From Clostridia bacterium (GTDB lineage Bacteria; Bacillota; Clostridia; Christensenellales; CAG-314): a stretch of DNA of 64,000 bases. Both the position numbers and the translations under genes were made by a program. Positions within the stretch are counted from its first letter, which is position 1. Every line of letters starts with the position of its first letter. Positions 20,996 to 31,678 of this stretch are shown here, one piece after another. The DNA is taken from positions 42,479-106,478 of the forward strand of contig JAQVMT010000004.1 of the NCBI GenBank assembly GCA_028703495.1, given 5' to 3'. Under the pieces are notes generated by a model. It was not told the origin of the DNA. It worked only from the letters and a program-made list of their open reading frames with translations, and made no database searches.

Positions 20996-22057
20996 ATGAA
21001 CAAAATCGAAAAGCTTTTCAATAACTGCAATGCCGACGCTTTTTTGATTACGTCGCAAAAAAACAGGTATTATTTTACCGGGTTCAACAGCACGGCGGGA
21101 TACCTCGTATTGACAAAGAACGGCGCAAGCTTTATTACCGACTTCAGGTACGGTGAAATGGCTCAATGTGTCAAGGAAAAGGGAATCGAGCTGTATATTT
21201 TGACGTACAAGGAATCCTTTGAAAAGGTCGCTGCTATTTTAAAGGCTGTCGGCGCAAGGACTGTCGGGTTCGAGGATAGCGAAATTACCGTTAGTGAGTA
21301 CAATTATTTCAAAGAGAAATTCGACGGATTCGAGCTTGTGCCGTGCGGTGCTGCCTTAGCAAAGGTAAAGCAGGTCAAAACCGCAGAGGAGCTTGCTTGT
21401 ATCGAAAAGGCGCAGGATGTTACCGACAAGGTGTTTTCGCATATGCTAAAGACCTTGAAGGTGGGAATGACCGAAATTGATGTTGCGGTTGAGTTGGAGT
21501 GCGCCATAAGGAAGCTGGGCGGCTCTGGGCTTGCGTTCGATACGATTATCGCATCCGGACTTAACAGCAGTAAGCCGCATGCGCATCCTACCGACAAAAA
21601 GTTGGAAAACGGCGATCCCGTAACGATGGACTTCGGTGCAAGATACGAGGGATACTGCTCGGATATGACGAGAACGGTATTTATGGGCGAACCGAATGCA
21701 GAGATGAGGCGCATATATAACATTGTTTATGAAGCGCAAATGCTTACCCTAAATACGATGAAGCCCGGCATGGAGGGTCGTGAAATCGACGCTATCGCAC
21801 GCGGAGTTATTGAAAAGAACGGCTTTGGTGAGTACTTCCAACACGGACTCGGACACAGTGTGGGCTTGGATATTCACGAAACACCAAACGCAAACCATCT
21901 GTGTTGCGATAAGTTCTATAAAAATATGCTCGTAACGGTGGAGCCGGGTATTTATGTCAGCGGAGTCGGCGGTGTAAGAATCGAGGACATGGTTGTGTTT
22001 ACAGAGGATGGTATCCATAACTTTACCAAGTCCGATAAGTCCTTGATTGTGCTGTAA
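20996..22057 (+). CDS. pepP: Xaa-Pro aminopeptidase (M24B family)
   Basis: HGLGHSVGLDIHE...VEPGIY...VRIEDMV are the pita-bread metal ligands. Confidence 0.9.
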   Translation: MNKIEKLFNNCNADAFLITSQKNRYYFTGFNSTAGYLVLTKNGASFITDFRYGEMAQCVKEKGIELYILTYKESFEKVAAILKAVGARTVGFEDSEITVSEYNYFKEKFDGFELVPCGAALAKVKQVKTAEELACIEKAQDVTDKVFSHMLKTLKVGMTEIDVAVELECAIRKLGGSGLAFDTIIASGLNSSKPHAHPTDKKLENGDPVTMDFGARYEGYCSDMTRTVFMGEPNAEMRRIYNIVYEAQMLTLNTMKPGMEGREIDAIARGVIEKNGFGEYFQHGLGHSVGLDIHETPNANHLCCDKFYKNMLVTVEPGIYVSGVGGVRIEDMVVFTEDGIHNFTKSDKSLIVL

Positions 22058-22274
22058 ACTAGTTGAAAGTCCGCGAAAATGCTTCGAGCTTATGCATAAT
22101 TGCATATGTGGGTAATTGCGATTGACGACAAACGACTGATAATCATTGCGGTCGTTGTCGATAAATTTGCGATGAGGAAATTGTTTTTTTGCAGCTTTAT
22201 CGGAGCGAAAAGGCAGAAATCGAGTTGATTTTGCGCTAATTAACGCAAATATTTCACATTCGATGTAAAAGCGA

Positions 22275-22304
22275 TTGACAATGATATTGCGACTGTGTTA
22301 ATAT
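22275..22304 (+). promoter_or_regulatory. Sigma-A-like promoter candidate upstream of efp
   Basis: TTGACA at 22275-22280 and a ttaatat -10-like element 17-18 nt downstream. Confidence 0.3.
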
Positions 22305-22522
22305 TTACGTTGTCGATTTTGTCGCGGGCTTTAATTTAAGCAATTGGTTGGAGGTTGCTCCGCAGCTTTTTTGACACGATAAGCATTGACGGGGAAAGCT
22401 TTGTTCTTAATTTAACAGGTTTGTTTTCGGTGATCGAGGCGCGTTAAAACTGCGTGCATGACGGCGCCGTTTGTAATAGTAATAGATAAATGCGCTACAA
22501 TTGCGCGTATGTAGGAGGCAAT

Positions 22523-23089
22523 ATGATTTTAGCAGGTGATTTTAGAAAAGGAATGACCTTTGTCGACGAAAAAGGCATGGTCTTTGTAATAGTGGACTTT
22601 CAGCACGTTAAGCCGGGCAAGGGCTCGCCCTTCGTCAAAACCAAGATAAAAAACGTTATGACGGGAGCAGTGTTGGAAAGAACGTTCAACCCTTCGGATA
22701 AATTCGAGAAGGCTCACATCGAAACCAAGACGATGGAGTATTTGTACAGCGATGGCGAAATATTTTACTTTATGGATCCCGAGAGTTATGAGCAATTGCC
22801 TTTGAATAAATCCCAGGTGGAAGACGCTTTAATGTATATGAAAGAAAATATGAGCGCGACCATCAAATTTTTCAAGGGTGAGGCTTTTTCGGTGGAGCCG
22901 CCTAACTTTGTCGAGCTTGCGATTACCGTGTGCGAGCCGGGCGCGGTGGGCAACACTGCGACCAACGTTACCAAGCCTGCAACCGTGGAAACGGGTTATG
23001 AGCTTTACGTACCGATGTTCGTCAACGAAGGTGACGTTATCAGAATCGACACCCGTACAGGCGAGTATATGGAAAGAGTTAAGGGTTAA
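22523..23089 (+). CDS. efp: Elongation factor P
   Basis: [11 protein letters not shown]...[13 protein letters not shown] has the conserved modified-Lys loop. gtaggagg RBS. Internal start 22523 chosen. Confidence 0.93.
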   Translation: MILAGDFRKGMTFVDEKGMVFVIVDFQHVKPGKGSPFVKTKIKNVMTGAVLERTFNPSDKFEKAHIETKTMEYLYSDGEIFYFMDPESYEQLPLNKSQVEDALMYMKENMSATIKFFKGEAFSVEPPNFVELAITVCEPGAVGNTATNVTKPATVETGYELYVPMFVNEGDVIRIDTRTGEYMERVKG

Positions 23090-23135
23090 CCTTGATTGCG
23101 GTCGATATCTATACAAAGGTATAACAACGGATTAT

Positions 23136-23172
23136 GAAAAGTTAAGGGTAAATCTTTATTGCGATCGATGAG
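23136..23172. repeat. Post-stop echo of the efp 3-prime end
   Basis: gaaaagttaagggtaaatctttattgcgatcgatgagg matches gaaagagttaagggttaaccttgattgcggtcgatatc at 23073-23110. Confidence 0.8.
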
Positions 23173-23543
23173 GAGTCTAATGGTTATGCGCGTATTTGGC
23201 GTGTGCGCTTCCGCTGTCAGTTTTACTGCGGTTGATGGTGTAAATTATGCCCCTAACCGACTGACCTGATATAGCAGGGGGAATTGACGACGGCGGTCGC
23301 CGCTTTTTCTCGCGTTATATGCTTTGTATCCGCCGATGTGCTTATGCATTGCATATACAAGGCGAGAGTAAGCTGAAAGATTTTTTAAGCTTAGTGCGTT
23401 GTGCGATAAAGAAAATGCGAAGGACAATTACGTTCTTCGCATTTTTGCATACATATTTTTAAAGTGGGAACTATCTGCAACAGCCGTTAGAGAAACAGGG
23501 GCATCGGACTTCGCCTTCATGTAACTTATGATATTTCTGTGGA

Positions 23544-24158
23544 TTATCTGCAACAGCCGTTAGCGCAACAGTTGCAGCAGCAGTTTGCAAGGCAGGCATC
23601 GCCGCAGCAGCTTCCTGTGCAAGTGCCGTTATTTAGCCCGCCGCCCTCTTGGGTATAGGAATCGCGCGAGTTCTGCTTGCCCGAATCCGAGTAGCTGTAC
23701 TGATCGGCTTTCACCTCTTTTTTAGAGATAATTTTGTTTAGGTCGTTGAGCTGTTGTTTATACTTGGCGTTATCGGGATCCAGCTTCAAGGCAAATTCCA
23801 GCTGCTTACGCGCCTCGACGTACCAACTCTTTTTATAGTATAAAACCGACTGAAGGTAATGCCATTCGGCGTTTCTGTCATCGATGTCGTCCAAAATTTT
23901 TTGAGCCTCGTTAATCCTGTTTTCGGTCAACAGATCCCGTATTTCGTCATAGGAGGTCTTTCCGTTGAAGCTGTAAGGATGGCGTTTTACGTTTGCGTAT
24001 GCCTTTTCCAGTTCCTCAAGCTTCTTAATTGCCTGTTCGCCCTTTATGCCGACCGAAAAGCTGTCGTTGCTGTATTGCTCCTTCTTAATTCTGTAAGCCT
24101 CGTCGATCTCCTGAGGAGATGCGTTGGGCATAACGCCTAAAATATCATAATCGTTCAT
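23544..24158 (-). CDS. J-domain (DnaJ-like) protein with a TPR-like middle region and a poly-cysteine C-terminal tail
   Basis: DYDILGV...HPYSF is the J-domain, with H-P-Y in place of canonical HPD. The tail GTCTGSCCGDACLANCCCNCCANGCCR has 12 Cys in 27 aa. Confidence 0.7.
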   Translation of the reverse strand: MNDYDILGVMPNASPQEIDEAYRIKKEQYSNDSFSVGIKGEQAIKKLEELEKAYANVKRHPYSFNGKTSYDEIRDLLTENRINEAQKILDDIDDRNAEWHYLQSVLYYKKSWYVEARKQLEFALKLDPDNAKYKQQLNDLNKIISKKEVKADQYSYSDSGKQNSRDSYTQEGGGLNNGTCTGSCCGDACLANCCCNCCANGCCR

Positions 24159-24307
24159 ATAGGTTCTCCGTTGCAAGGCGCAAATGCCTTTGCGTTAATT
24201 ATCTTCCTTCGGCGAGTATCAAAAGAGCCGAATTGTAGAGTTATTGCTTTTCGTAAGCGCGTGCTAGCTATGCTTCCTCGTATTCGGCGAGTATCAAAAG
24301 AGCCGAA

Positions 24308-25168
24308 TCAACGTGGAAGAGGGGTGTATTTTTTGAAAATGTTTTCCGTTATACTTCTTACCGAGCGGTGAAAGACGTTATTCAACAGGCAGGTAAACTT
24401 TGAAAGGCGCATATCGTTGTACGCACCTGCGATGGAATTGAGGGTGGAATACATCATAAACTCCAGCTCCTCTCTGTTGTTGCTTACGAACTCGCCAGCC
24501 GTTGTGAAGCCTCCCAAGCAGGATATCAGCGGATTATATTTCTTACCGTCTGCGTCCTTTTGCAAATCGTCGAGAGCATCGATAAGATACACCCACTTGC
24601 CTATATTGTAGCACAAAACACCCGCAAGAGGATTGTATTTGTCGCCGAGTATAAAGTGAGCCAGTCTGTCCGACATTCGCGCGAAGGGATCGCAAACCTT
24701 GTCAATGGAGCTTTCTCTATGCTTTTCCATATCCAAAAGCTCGTTATAAATACCGTCGATTTGCGAATAGAAGCTTGTGCAAAGGTTTTTTGCGCGCTTG
24801 AAGCTGCCCTTGAGCGCACTCAAAGCCAATCTTTTTTTGATTCCGCCGTCATCGATGACGTCGTCAAGCAGATTAAAGTACATTAAAACGATGTTGCACG
24901 CGCTAAGCCTTTCGGAAACGGTATCGGGTGAAAGCATATCCATTCTCTTGACGGACAGCAAACAGCGGCTTTTGATGACCTCGGGTGAAAAATCGAGAAT
25001 TGCGTGGAACAGCACGTTGAAAAGGTTTATATCGTTGTTTACGCACAGCCTTATAGGGTGGCGGAAGCTGTTTTTGGTTGACATACATAGCTGGCACATA
25101 AAGGCTTGATAAAGTCCCCTTTGTCCCTCGCTCAACGATTCCTTTTCGATTTTCAAATATCCGTACAT
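24308..25168 (-). CDS. Hypothetical protein, DUF5685-like
   Basis: The N-terminus MYGYLKIEK..L.E.....Y.AFMCQLC resembles the MFGYV...YCGLC start of DUF5685 proteins. That family assignment is from memory, with no database check. Co-directional with the J-domain gene across a 149-bp gap. Confidence 0.5.
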   Translation of the reverse strand: MYGYLKIEKESLSEGQRGLYQAFMCQLCMSTKNSFRHPIRLCVNNDINLFNVLFHAILDFSPEVIKSRCLLSVKRMDMLSPDTVSERLSACNIVLMYFNLLDDVIDDGGIKKRLALSALKGSFKRAKNLCTSFYSQIDGIYNELLDMEKHRESSIDKVCDPFARMSDRLAHFILGDKYNPLAGVLCYNIGKWVYLIDALDDLQKDADGKKYNPLISCLGGFTTAGEFVSNNREELEFMMYSTLNSIAGAYNDMRLSKFTCLLNNVFHRSVRSITENIFKKYTPLPR

Positions 25169-25256
25169 ATTTTGCCTTATACCAATCCGCTTACATTTGC
25201 ACAAATTACATCGGCGGTTATTTGGTGTGTAATTTCCAAAAAAACTCGCTTGCAGT

Positions 25257-26249
25257 TTAAAGCTGGATAAATCCTACCTTCCTGTACACCTTGGAAAGAG
25301 TCTTTCTTGCCAAACAGTTTGCTTTTTCCGCACCCTGTCGCATAATTTCCGTTAAATAATCCTTATCGTCGAGCAACCGCTTTTGTTCGGCTTGAATAGG
25401 GGCGAGCTTTTGAATAACGGCATCGGCAACGGCATCTTTGAACACGGAATAGCCGCAATTTGCAAATTCTATCTCCGCCTCGTCGATGGTTTTATCAGAA
25501 AGCAAGGAATAAATGCCGAGGAGGTTGCTTATACCGGGTTTGTTGACCTCGTCGAAGCGCACTTCGCCATCGGAATCGGTGACTGCGGATCTGAATTTTC
25601 GCACGATGGCATCGGCATCGTCTAATAGGTAGATGCTTGCCTTTTCGTTCTCGTCGGACTTACTCATTTTCTGCGTAGGCTGTTGCAAGCTCATAATCTT
25701 TGCGCCTACCTTGGGAATGTAGCCATCGGGAACGGTAAAGGTGTCCGAATACTGCGCATTGAAACGAATTGCAATATCACGCGCAATCTCCAAATGCTGC
25801 TTCTGATCGGCACCAATAGGTACGAGGTCGGTTTTATAAAGCAGTATATCCGATGCCATTAATACGGGATAATCCATAAGTCCCATATTAATATTATCCG
25901 CATGCTTGGAGGACTTATCCTTAAACTGCGTCATTCGGTTCATTTCGCCGACATAGGTGATTGTATTTAGCACCCAGGTTAACTCGGCATGCGCGGGCAC
26001 GTGCGATTGCACGAAAAGAATGCTCTTTTGCGGATCGATGCCGCAGGCAATGTATAATGCCAAGGTCTCGTAGGTTTGACGGCGCAGCTCTGCAGGCACG
26101 CGCTTGACGGTTATGGAATGTAAATCCACAACGCAATAAATGCACTCGTAATCGTCTTGAAACTGTCCCCAGTTGCGTATAGCCCCCAAATAATTACCCA
26201 ATGTCAACTTGCCTGTGGGCTGTACGCCCGAAAATACTACCTTTTTCAC
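25257..26249 (-). CDS. trpS: Tryptophan--tRNA ligase
   Basis: SGVQPTGKLTLGNYLGA is the HIGH-class motif. KMSKSD is present. GTG start with GGAGG RBS. Confidence 0.93.
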   Translation of the reverse strand: MKKVVFSGVQPTGKLTLGNYLGAIRNWGQFQDDYECIYCVVDLHSITVKRVPAELRRQTYETLALYIACGIDPQKSILFVQSHVPAHAELTWVLNTITYVGEMNRMTQFKDKSSKHADNINMGLMDYPVLMASDILLYKTDLVPIGADQKQHLEIARDIAIRFNAQYSDTFTVPDGYIPKVGAKIMSLQQPTQKMSKSDENEKASIYLLDDADAIVRKFRSAVTDSDGEVRFDEVNKPGISNLLGIYSLLSDKTIDEAEIEFANCGYSVFKDAVADAVIQKLAPIQAEQKRLLDDKDYLTEIMRQGAEKANCLARKTLSKVYRKVGFIQL

Positions 26250-26336
26250 GCAATCCTCCTTTCCTTACTGTTATTCGCAAGGTTTATTTCATATAATGCG
26301 GTTCCGCTTCAACACAAAAAACCCGATAATTGAATA

Positions 26337-26362
26337 AAGGGGAGTTATACGCACCCCTTATT
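26337..26362 (-). terminator. Hairpin terminator candidate after the surface-protein gene
   Basis: On the minus strand AAGGGG-tgcgtataact-CCCCTT is followed by tattcaatt and a later T-run. Confidence 0.4.
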
Positions 26363-26423
26363 ATTACTTTTTATACTAATAGATGCCTTAAACACGCAAT
26401 GGTATTCACTTTCCGTGTTCGGC

Positions 26424-28454
26424 TTATTTCTTAGCCTTGTATTTTTTATTGTCGGCAACTTCCTCTTTGGGCTTGGAGAAAAGCATAAGAATGATTACGA
26501 CAACCAAAACGGCGGCAACGGCAATCAAAGATATAAACAACCAATCGATCTTGTTGTCATCCGTGGTGGGGTCCTCCTCCTTAGCGGCGATAACGGACAA
26601 ATAGCTGTATTCGGTTGTCTTGTTTCCGTTAAAGTCGTAAGCAGTGTATTCCACATAGAATGTATAAGCGGTACCATTGGGAGTAATTTCGGTAGGGATA
26701 TACTCTGTAGGTATCATATAGCTGACAGTTAAGGGAATTTCCACTACATCCTCGCTGCCCTTAATGCCCTTAAAGAGCTTAATGGTCGTTCTCGCGCTGT
26801 TAACGCCAACTCCGTCGTCCGAAACGGTTGGAGTGCTTATTGTGTAATCCTTATTGACGGTAATGTCGATATTCTCCGTAACGGAAATACTCGGAGCAGT
26901 ATTGTCCACAACGTAAACGGTGAAATACTCCTTTCCGTCCTTATATACGGTTTCGTTGCCAGAAGCGTCGACAACCTTATAGGTGAAACGCCAGCTACCC
27001 TCGGTCTTAACGGATACAGTGTTCGAGCTTTTTACATATGTCCACGTGCTTGAAGTAGGCGACATATAACCCAAGTAAACGGTTATTGTATCGATATCGT
27101 CTATTCCGTCCCACTCGTCATCCTTTTCTGTCGATGAGTAAACATATGCGGCACCGAACTTAAAGAGGTCGGACATGTACTCGTCATCTTCTTCCATCGA
27201 CGGGAACAAGCCCACATCATCGTCCTCGGTTTTTCTTTCAAGGTTGCCAATATTTGAGTAGAAGTAATCGAATACCTTGTCATCGTTAAACAAAGGCGCA
27301 AATTCGTCCTTGATAACGTTTACATACAAAACATATTTTATGTTGTCGGTAATATCCGAATACTGACTTGCATTTACCAAAAACTCAAACTTATAGAAAT
27401 CCTTTTCCATAAGGAAGGAACCCGAAACAGAGCTGGAAACCGCCGTCCAAACGGGGTTGCCTTCATCATCTGTAACCAGGTTGCCGTTCTCGTCGGCTTC
27501 GCCCGAATAAATCGAAAGATTAAGTCTGAATTTTGTCTCGCTCACAAGGCTCTTGAAATAGTCGCCTATCAGGCTGTTTGCCAAAATGGGGAAGGTGTAG
27601 TATTTGTCAACGGCGGCAATGGCATTTGAATAGACCTTATTGTCTCCCGCATCGTATTGCACTCTCTGAACCTTGAATACCTTTGTGGTGGTGGTGACTT
27701 CGTTCTCGTCCGTGGTAATTTCATCCTCTTGCGCAATTGCCTCCAAACCCGAATCCAATCTCACGATAGGAGAAATGAGGGCGGCTTCATCGGTCAATTC
27801 CTGCGTGCCGTTAGCGTTTGTAAGAGATTTGAAGACAACTACCTCTGTAGAGCTGCTGTTCGTTCCGCTTACAGTGAAGGCAAGCGAAGCCGTACTCTTT
27901 TTAAACGAAATAGCTTCGGTGATATTCAAGCTTTGTCCGTTTACGGTAAGCTCATATCCGCCTTCTCCGTTCTGAATAGCAAAGTCGATTTGAACGCCGT
28001 CGTCGGATACTGTCACAGGGATGTTGTCGCTGATATATTCGGTGTCCTTGCCCTTAATGGTGGTCGATCCGTTTAAGACATATCCGTCATCGACCGATAC
28101 GAGATCCAATTCAATCGTAACGTAATTAGCCGAATCGTCGGTATCCGTAATAACCATTTTAAGTGTTTCGAAATTAACGCCGAAAATCGACGAAAATCCG
28201 AACTTGCCTGTCAAAACGGTTTGTTTATAATAAAAACTGTTTGAAGTAGTCGCGTCCGCTGTCGTGCTTGCTCCAAGCGTAACGGCCAATCCGTTTGCAG
28301 ACGGACTTCCTACCGTTACGATGCCCGATGTCTTGGCGAAAATATAACTTCCCGTAATTTCCGAAGCACTAACTCCGGGAGCGTTAACACCCGCAAAGAG
28401 GGTGAAAACCAAAAGGGCAACCGCCACTAATCCAATAAAAACCTTGTTCTTCAC
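26424..28454 (-). CDS. Type I cell-surface protein (signal peptide, S/T/V/N/D-rich beta-rich ectodomain, C-terminal TM anchor)
   Basis: N-terminus MKNKVFIGLVAVALLVFTLFAGVNA. C-terminus WLFISLIAVAAVLVVVIILMLFSKPKEE...KKYKAKK. No catalytic motifs seen. Confidence 0.7.
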   Translation of the reverse strand: MKNKVFIGLVAVALLVFTLFAGVNAPGVSASEITGSYIFAKTSGIVTVGSPSANGLAVTLGASTTADATTSNSFYYKQTVLTGKFGFSSIFGVNFETLKMVITDTDDSANYVTIELDLVSVDDGYVLNGSTTIKGKDTEYISDNIPVTVSDDGVQIDFAIQNGEGGYELTVNGQSLNITEAISFKKSTASLAFTVSGTNSSSTEVVVFKSLTNANGTQELTDEAALISPIVRLDSGLEAIAQEDEITTDENEVTTTTKVFKVQRVQYDAGDNKVYSNAIAAVDKYYTFPILANSLIGDYFKSLVSETKFRLNLSIYSGEADENGNLVTDDEGNPVWTAVSSSVSGSFLMEKDFYKFEFLVNASQYSDITDNIKYVLYVNVIKDEFAPLFNDDKVFDYFYSNIGNLERKTEDDDVGLFPSMEEDDEYMSDLFKFGAAYVYSSTEKDDEWDGIDDIDTITVYLGYMSPTSSTWTYVKSSNTVSVKTEGSWRFTYKVVDASGNETVYKDGKEYFTVYVVDNTAPSISVTENIDITVNKDYTISTPTVSDDGVGVNSARTTIKLFKGIKGSEDVVEIPLTVSYMIPTEYIPTEITPNGTAYTFYVEYTAYDFNGNKTTEYSYLSVIAAKEEDPTTDDNKIDWLFISLIAVAAVLVVVIILMLFSKPKEEVADNKKYKAKK

Positions 28455-28866
28455 AAAAATTTTCCTCCGTTAAATAAACTAACCTAAATATCTTACTAAA
28501 AAGTTTAAGATAAGTCAATTAATTTTGTGTTAATTTTGATGTTTTTTGCCCTTAGCTACGCAATTAGGCTACACCGAACGGCAAAAACGAAGCCGAGCCG
28601 TACACGCGCCCAAAACCGAGCCAAAGCAAAGTTGCAGGCGTATTATAATTCGGCAAGCCGTACAAGTGCGCAAAAGGCATTCCGTACATGCGCCATATCT
28701 ATAAACATACACGTGATCAAAAGTGATTCCGTATGAATATGCCTTGAGATTCCGCGCCGAATCCAATAACATCCACGTGTTCAAAAGCCGCAACAGAACC
28801 TGTATGCAAGCTATGCCGAAGCACAGCCGCCGCATAACCGATACCCGAGAGGTTAAAGCTTAGCGT

Positions 28867-29655
28867 TTATTCGATGCTACCCTTGAATACCGAGAAGTAT
28901 CCCGAAAGGTCGAACTTTTTCCAAGGCTCTCTGTCCTCGGGCGGGTAGCACACAAAAACCATATTTGTCTTGGTTACGGGGTGGACGAAGCTCAATTTGA
29001 CTGCCCAAAGGGCGATTGGGAAGCCTTCGGCAAGCTTATCGCCTCCGTACTTATGATCGCCGAAAAGGGGATGTCCGATAGCCGAAAACTGCACTCTTAT
29101 TTGGTGGCTTCTGCCCGTTTGCAGCTGTATTTCCTCCAAGGAGATAATTTCGTTTACGGTTTCAAGCTCCTTGTAATTCAATTCGGCGAGCTTTGCTCCC
29201 TCGGTTCCCTGTGTGGCAACGTAGACAATGTTATTCGCGCTATGCTTCTTAAGGTAGTGCGACAGAACCCCCTGTTTTTCACGCATACTTCCCAAAATGA
29301 CGGCAAGGTATTTTTTCTCGACCTCTCTGTTGCGAATGGCTTCGGAGAGTCGCGAAGCGGCTTTGCTTGTTTTTGCCAAAACCATTACGCCGCCCGTAAC
29401 TCTGTCCAGCCGATGGACCAAGCCCAAATATACGTCGTTGGCTTTGCCGTCCCTCTCCTTAATGAAGGCTTTCAAAATGGTGAGCAAATCCGCGTCCTCG
29501 CTACTGTCCGCCTGCGAGGGCAAATACTGCGGTTTGGCAACTACGATGATGTGATTATCCTCGAACAAAATCGGGATATCTTCCATAGTGAATTCTCTCA
29601 TACGGTTTTCCTTTAATTCCATTTCTGCGTGATTGTGCGACTTTTCGGCAAGCAC
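28867..29655 (-). CDS. RluA-family pseudouridine synthase
   Basis: HRLDRVTGGVMVLAKT is the catalytic Asp motif. The start is probably internal, at about 29586-29601. Confidence 0.85.
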   Translation of the reverse strand: MLAEKSHNHAEMELKENRMREFTMEDIPILFEDNHIIVVAKPQYLPSQADSSEDADLLTILKAFIKERDGKANDVYLGLVHRLDRVTGGVMVLAKTSKAASRLSEAIRNREVEKKYLAVILGSMREKQGVLSHYLKKHSANNIVYVATQGTEGAKLAELNYKELETVNEIISLEEIQLQTGRSHQIRVQFSAIGHPLFGDHKYGGDKLAEGFPIALWAVKLSFVHPVTKTNMVFVCYPPEDREPWKKFDLSGYFSVFKGSIE

Positions 29656-29671
29656 TTCGTGTGCAAAACTG

Positions 29672-29985
29672 CATCACAGTGAAGCTTTATGTGCTTTCTC
29701 TTGTTGAACGCGATTGTATTTATTCTCATCTTTTGTAAGGGCGAACCTGTGTGTTCGACAGAATAGCTCAAGTCGGACAAGCAACACAGTGAAGCTTTAT
29801 GTGCTTTCTCTTGTTGAACGCGATTGTATTTATTCTCATCTTTTGTAAGGGCGAACCTGTGTGTTCGACAGAATAGCTCAAGTTGGACAAGCAACACAGT
29901 GAAGCTTTATGTGCTTTCTCTTGTTGAACGCGATTGTATTTATTCTCATCTTTTGTAAGGGCGAACCCATGTGTTCGCCCTTATA
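29672..29985. repeat. Tandem repeat, 120-nt unit, about 2.6 copies, each ending in the GGGCGAAC..GTTCG palindromic element
   Basis: acagtgaagctttatgtgctttctcttgttgaacgcgattgtatttattctcatcttttgtaagggcgaacc.gtgtgttcg occurs three times. The final copy has the perfect palindrome at 29958-29980. Confidence 0.9.
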
Positions 29986-30043
29986 AGCGATTTTACGGAT
30001 AGGTGACATCGGTACGTAGGCGAGGCTACGCTGTCGCTTTAAC

Positions 30044-30925
30044 TCAACTTAAATTCGATAGCAAAGCCGAGGCTCCGCAGGGCAATACGAGTTCTCCTTG
30101 CTCTACGGGCAGGCATACCTCATATGCCTCCAAATTCGGCTTTTTAAAGCGATTTGCGTGGAAGCTCAAGATGTTGCGCATAACCGATGGTTGAAGCCCC
30201 GTTGTGTAGCTGTTAATCAGCACGAACAAGGGGTTGTCGCTCAAAATTTTGACGGCGAGGTCTACGAAGTCGAAGATGTCGTCCTCAATCTTCCACAATT
30301 CTCCGTTGGGGCCTCTGCCGAAGCTGGGCGGATCCATTATTATGGCATCGTAGCAGCTTTGACGGTTAAGCTCACGTCTTATGAATTTCTTGCAGTCGTC
30401 CACGATGTAACGGATAGGGGCGTTCGAAAGCCCGCTTAGTTGAGCGTTTTGTCCTGCCCTCGTAACCATAGCCTTCGCGCTGTCAACGTGGCAGACGGAC
30501 GCGCCTGCTGCGGCGCACGCGACAGTGGCTGCACCCGTATAGGCGAAGAGGTTCAAAACCCTTATCGGAGAGCTTCTCGTGACCTTGGCTTTTTGGATAA
30601 TGTCGGTCATCAAAGCCCAATTTGCGGCTTGCTCGGGGAAAAGTCCCGTATGCTTGAAGCCCATCGGTTTTATCAAAAAACGAAGATTGCGCCACCCGAT
30701 TGTCCATTCGTCGGGGATTTGGGAATAATACTCCCACCTTCCGCCGCCCGAGCTGCTTCTGATATATCGTGCGTCAATGCCCTTGTAATCGGCAAGAGGC
30801 TTGTCGGCTTTCCAAATTACCTGCGGATCCGGGCGCAAAAGAGTATATTCTCCCCACCTTTCCAATTTTTCGCCGTCGCCCGTGGCGATGACTCGGTAAT
30901 CCTTCCATTCGTCGTTAATTTTCAT
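30044..30925 (-). CDS. Class I SAM-dependent rRNA methyltransferase (RlmI/RlmK-like)
   Basis: NLFAYTGAATVACAAAGA is the SAM motif I. DPPSFGRG is motif IV. A degenerate echo of its 3-prime end lies at 30003-30040. Confidence 0.8.
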   Translation of the reverse strand: MKINDEWKDYRVIATGDGEKLERWGEYTLLRPDPQVIWKADKPLADYKGIDARYIRSSSGGGRWEYYSQIPDEWTIGWRNLRFLIKPMGFKHTGLFPEQAANWALMTDIIQKAKVTRSSPIRVLNLFAYTGAATVACAAAGASVCHVDSAKAMVTRAGQNAQLSGLSNAPIRYIVDDCKKFIRRELNRQSCYDAIIMDPPSFGRGPNGELWKIEDDIFDFVDLAVKILSDNPLFVLINSYTTGLQPSVMRNILSFHANRFKKPNLEAYEVCLPVEQGELVLPCGASALLSNLS

Positions 30926-31678
30926 ATTTTTTTCAATTATTGGAGCAAAACGTCCTCGATTTTCCTTAACAGGTAAGAGACGGGCGAATATATGCTAAAT
31001 ACTGTGGCAATTCGTGTCGCATATTTGTTTTTTAACAGGCTCTCGGTTTGCTTTCTTTTGATTACCAATACACGCTTCTTGCGGATTATTGACTAGTACT
31101 CGGGTACATCTTGACCACTCGATAAACGGTTGTCGTTTTTTATAATATTGGCTCTCGGTTTGTTATACTTCTTGACCGCCTAATAAGCTCGTGTTGCGCT
31201 ATTGCTCTTTGAGTAAGCAACTTACGGCATAAACGCAATCAAAAAGCATTGCTCTTTATAATAATGCAAAAGTGCCGTTTGTGTCAATCGTTTTGGCAGT
31301 CGAATGAAAAATAACCAACCTAAGTTGTTATTATTGCAGATTTACAAACTAAGTTTTATAGTGGAAGCTACTTTGATAGTAAAATATAAGTAATTTTGCC
31401 ATAGTGTTTTAGGGTAGATATGTCGTGGAAGTTGCTTTGACGGTTAAATTATTGTATTTATTGCATAGAATTACAGTGGAGGTATTTTGTGAAAGTTGTT
31501 CTGATGGTAAACGAATGAGAAATTATTGCATAAATTACAGAGACTTTGGCAGCATACCGTCCGATATTATGGTATTTAATATAAGCGGTTTAAATGCTTG
31601 ACATTTCGGTGTGCTGTGTTATAATTGAGTTTGATGCGGCGGAGAACAAAATTACCGTATCTAAAGGAGTAGCTTTTT

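Noticed and set aside
30003-30194. ORFs 30003..30194 (+) and 30098..30439 (+) between rlmI and the repeat block
   Set aside because: They overlap the rlmI coding region on the other strand and the rlmI echo segment. They are spurious.
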